50,404 nucleotides of DNA from Octopus sinensis (taxonomy: Eukaryota): the NCBI RefSeq assembly GCF_006345805.1, contig NW_021834297.1:1-50404 (forward strand), written 5' to 3'. The notes under the pieces were generated by a model. The model saw only the letters and a program-made list of their open reading frames with translations, had not been told where the DNA came from and did not search any database. Of this stretch, positions 48,957-50,404 are shown piece by piece; positions within the stretch are counted from its first letter, which is position 1, and every line of letters starts with the position of its first letter. The translations under genes were made by a program, and so were the position numbers.

Positions 48957-50404
48957 CATATATATATATATGCATATACATATGCAAACGTACATTAAGC
49001 TTAACCACCTTCTACAAACGCAAATTTATCAAAATGAAAAGGCAAAGTATATCACTTACAAGGCTGCTGACTAATATGTAGTTATACCCAACAACGGAAC
49101 ACATTTTAAAGTTTCGGATTTCACTTTAACCAAGTATAGAGATCCATAATCAAGACTAGCTTTACTTGTGCATCTGGAAATCTAATACATGTACCAATTA
49201 GTTCAGGATGTGAATAGAAGTATCTAGGCCAAACAATTATGTTCGTCAGGCGGAGAACTACATTGCATAAGGAATTGGTCCCTTTGTTCCATGTATAGTC
49301 AAATAATATTGAGGGAACGCATAAAGAGATGTGCGCGAAATCTCCAAACAAACTTCAGTTTCTCCCCATTTACCAATGCAAGGAAACAATTTCTATACAT
49401 CAACGATAAAATACAGAGAACATATTTAAGGAAAATGCAAAAATGCTAACCGAGCCTCAATATGAACACACCAATTTTTTATTCTGTAATTTAATTCATG
49501 AAATCGTAAGCAACTTTGTTATCATTTTAATGCATAATATTAAAAGTTCCTAATGTAAAGAATATAAACTTACCCCCACACATAAGAATAAATACACCCC
49601 TCTCCTACCTATAATAATAACACTCGCTTATTACCTTTCCTTAGATATATCTAGCTTCTAATCGTTTACGAAACATTGGAATATTTTCCCTAATTTCTTA
49701 GTTATAATCTACAAGACAGATATATACGTACTTATGTATATATGTCCATTAAAAGTTTCCATTATATCCTTATATAAACCTACTCATAATAAACTTTCAA
49801 TAAAATCACGTGATTACTCGTGAAAAGCTCTCGCGTAATATTCATCTTACTGGATGTAATTATGTAAAAGAAAATCCATTTCCGTATACATTCATATAAG
49901 CATATATACATATATACGTATGTATGTATGCATATATACATGCACACACACACACACACACACACACAACACACATACATATTCATATCTACAAGTACAT
50001 ATTTATTTACGAATCTATGTTTATATGCACAGAGACACACGTAGCCGTAATAACATTTAAGAAAAAAATATGTATGTCTACATAGCTACATATAAATGCT
50101 TTATCGAGTTCTTAAGTATATTTATTACTCAATTGATTTTGACATAGTCATATGAAACGAATTAAGTTATATTAGTAAGGTTTCTGCCATACTGGAGGCC
50201 GGCTTCAAAGTGATAGTGACAGTTTGATGGAAATTACATTACTGGCAAAGCTTAAACGCCATTTCAATAATTCTTGATATCTATCAATGTTGTGCTTTAG
50301 TTTCTTTTCCTAAACTGTCTGCTAAATTTTCTACTATGGATGAATCTGAAAGTTGCCGGGGAAAAAAAGTACATTCCAAGCAGAATATCAAATATTAAGA
50401 AACA

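Noticed and set aside
48330-50404. Non-repetitive AT-rich stretches at the right end
   Set aside because: No ORF with a recognisable motif and no homology to other parts of the window; left unannotated.

Overview
Eukaryotic, AT-rich, microsatellite-dense DNA. The tRNA-derived SINE families resemble those I recognise from octopus (coleoid cephalopod) genomes; the taxon is an inference. Almost all track ORFs are low-complexity or SINE artefacts. The real coding content is two paralogous, divergently transcribed genes encoding ZC3H7-like CCCH zinc-finger proteins. Paralog A is on the - strand (CDS about 3707->435, intact). Paralog B is on the + strand (about 34210->37300) and has a 1-nt frameshift at about 35535 and a degenerate first finger module. 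Both share an 87-nt first coding exon, a 37-nt second coding exon and homologous non-coding first exons. Three structures stand out. (1) The promoter and first exon of paralog B are amplified four times, three of them as the core of a ~1.94-kb higher-order satellite at 25.3-31.4 kb. (2) There are five dispersed 61-nt hairpins (22-nt arms, 17-nt variable loop, constant C.C mismatch, covarying pairs) with pre-miRNA geometry. (3) A ~355-bp tandem array at 13.3-16.4 kb carries an inverted-repeat-flanked segment that is flipped in its terminal unit. The rest is SINEs, Mutator-type MITEs, Helitron-like elements, an RTE LINE tail, and long GA/CT tracts whose strand follows the orientation of each half of the window. 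All alignments were done by eye; no database searches or folding programs were run.
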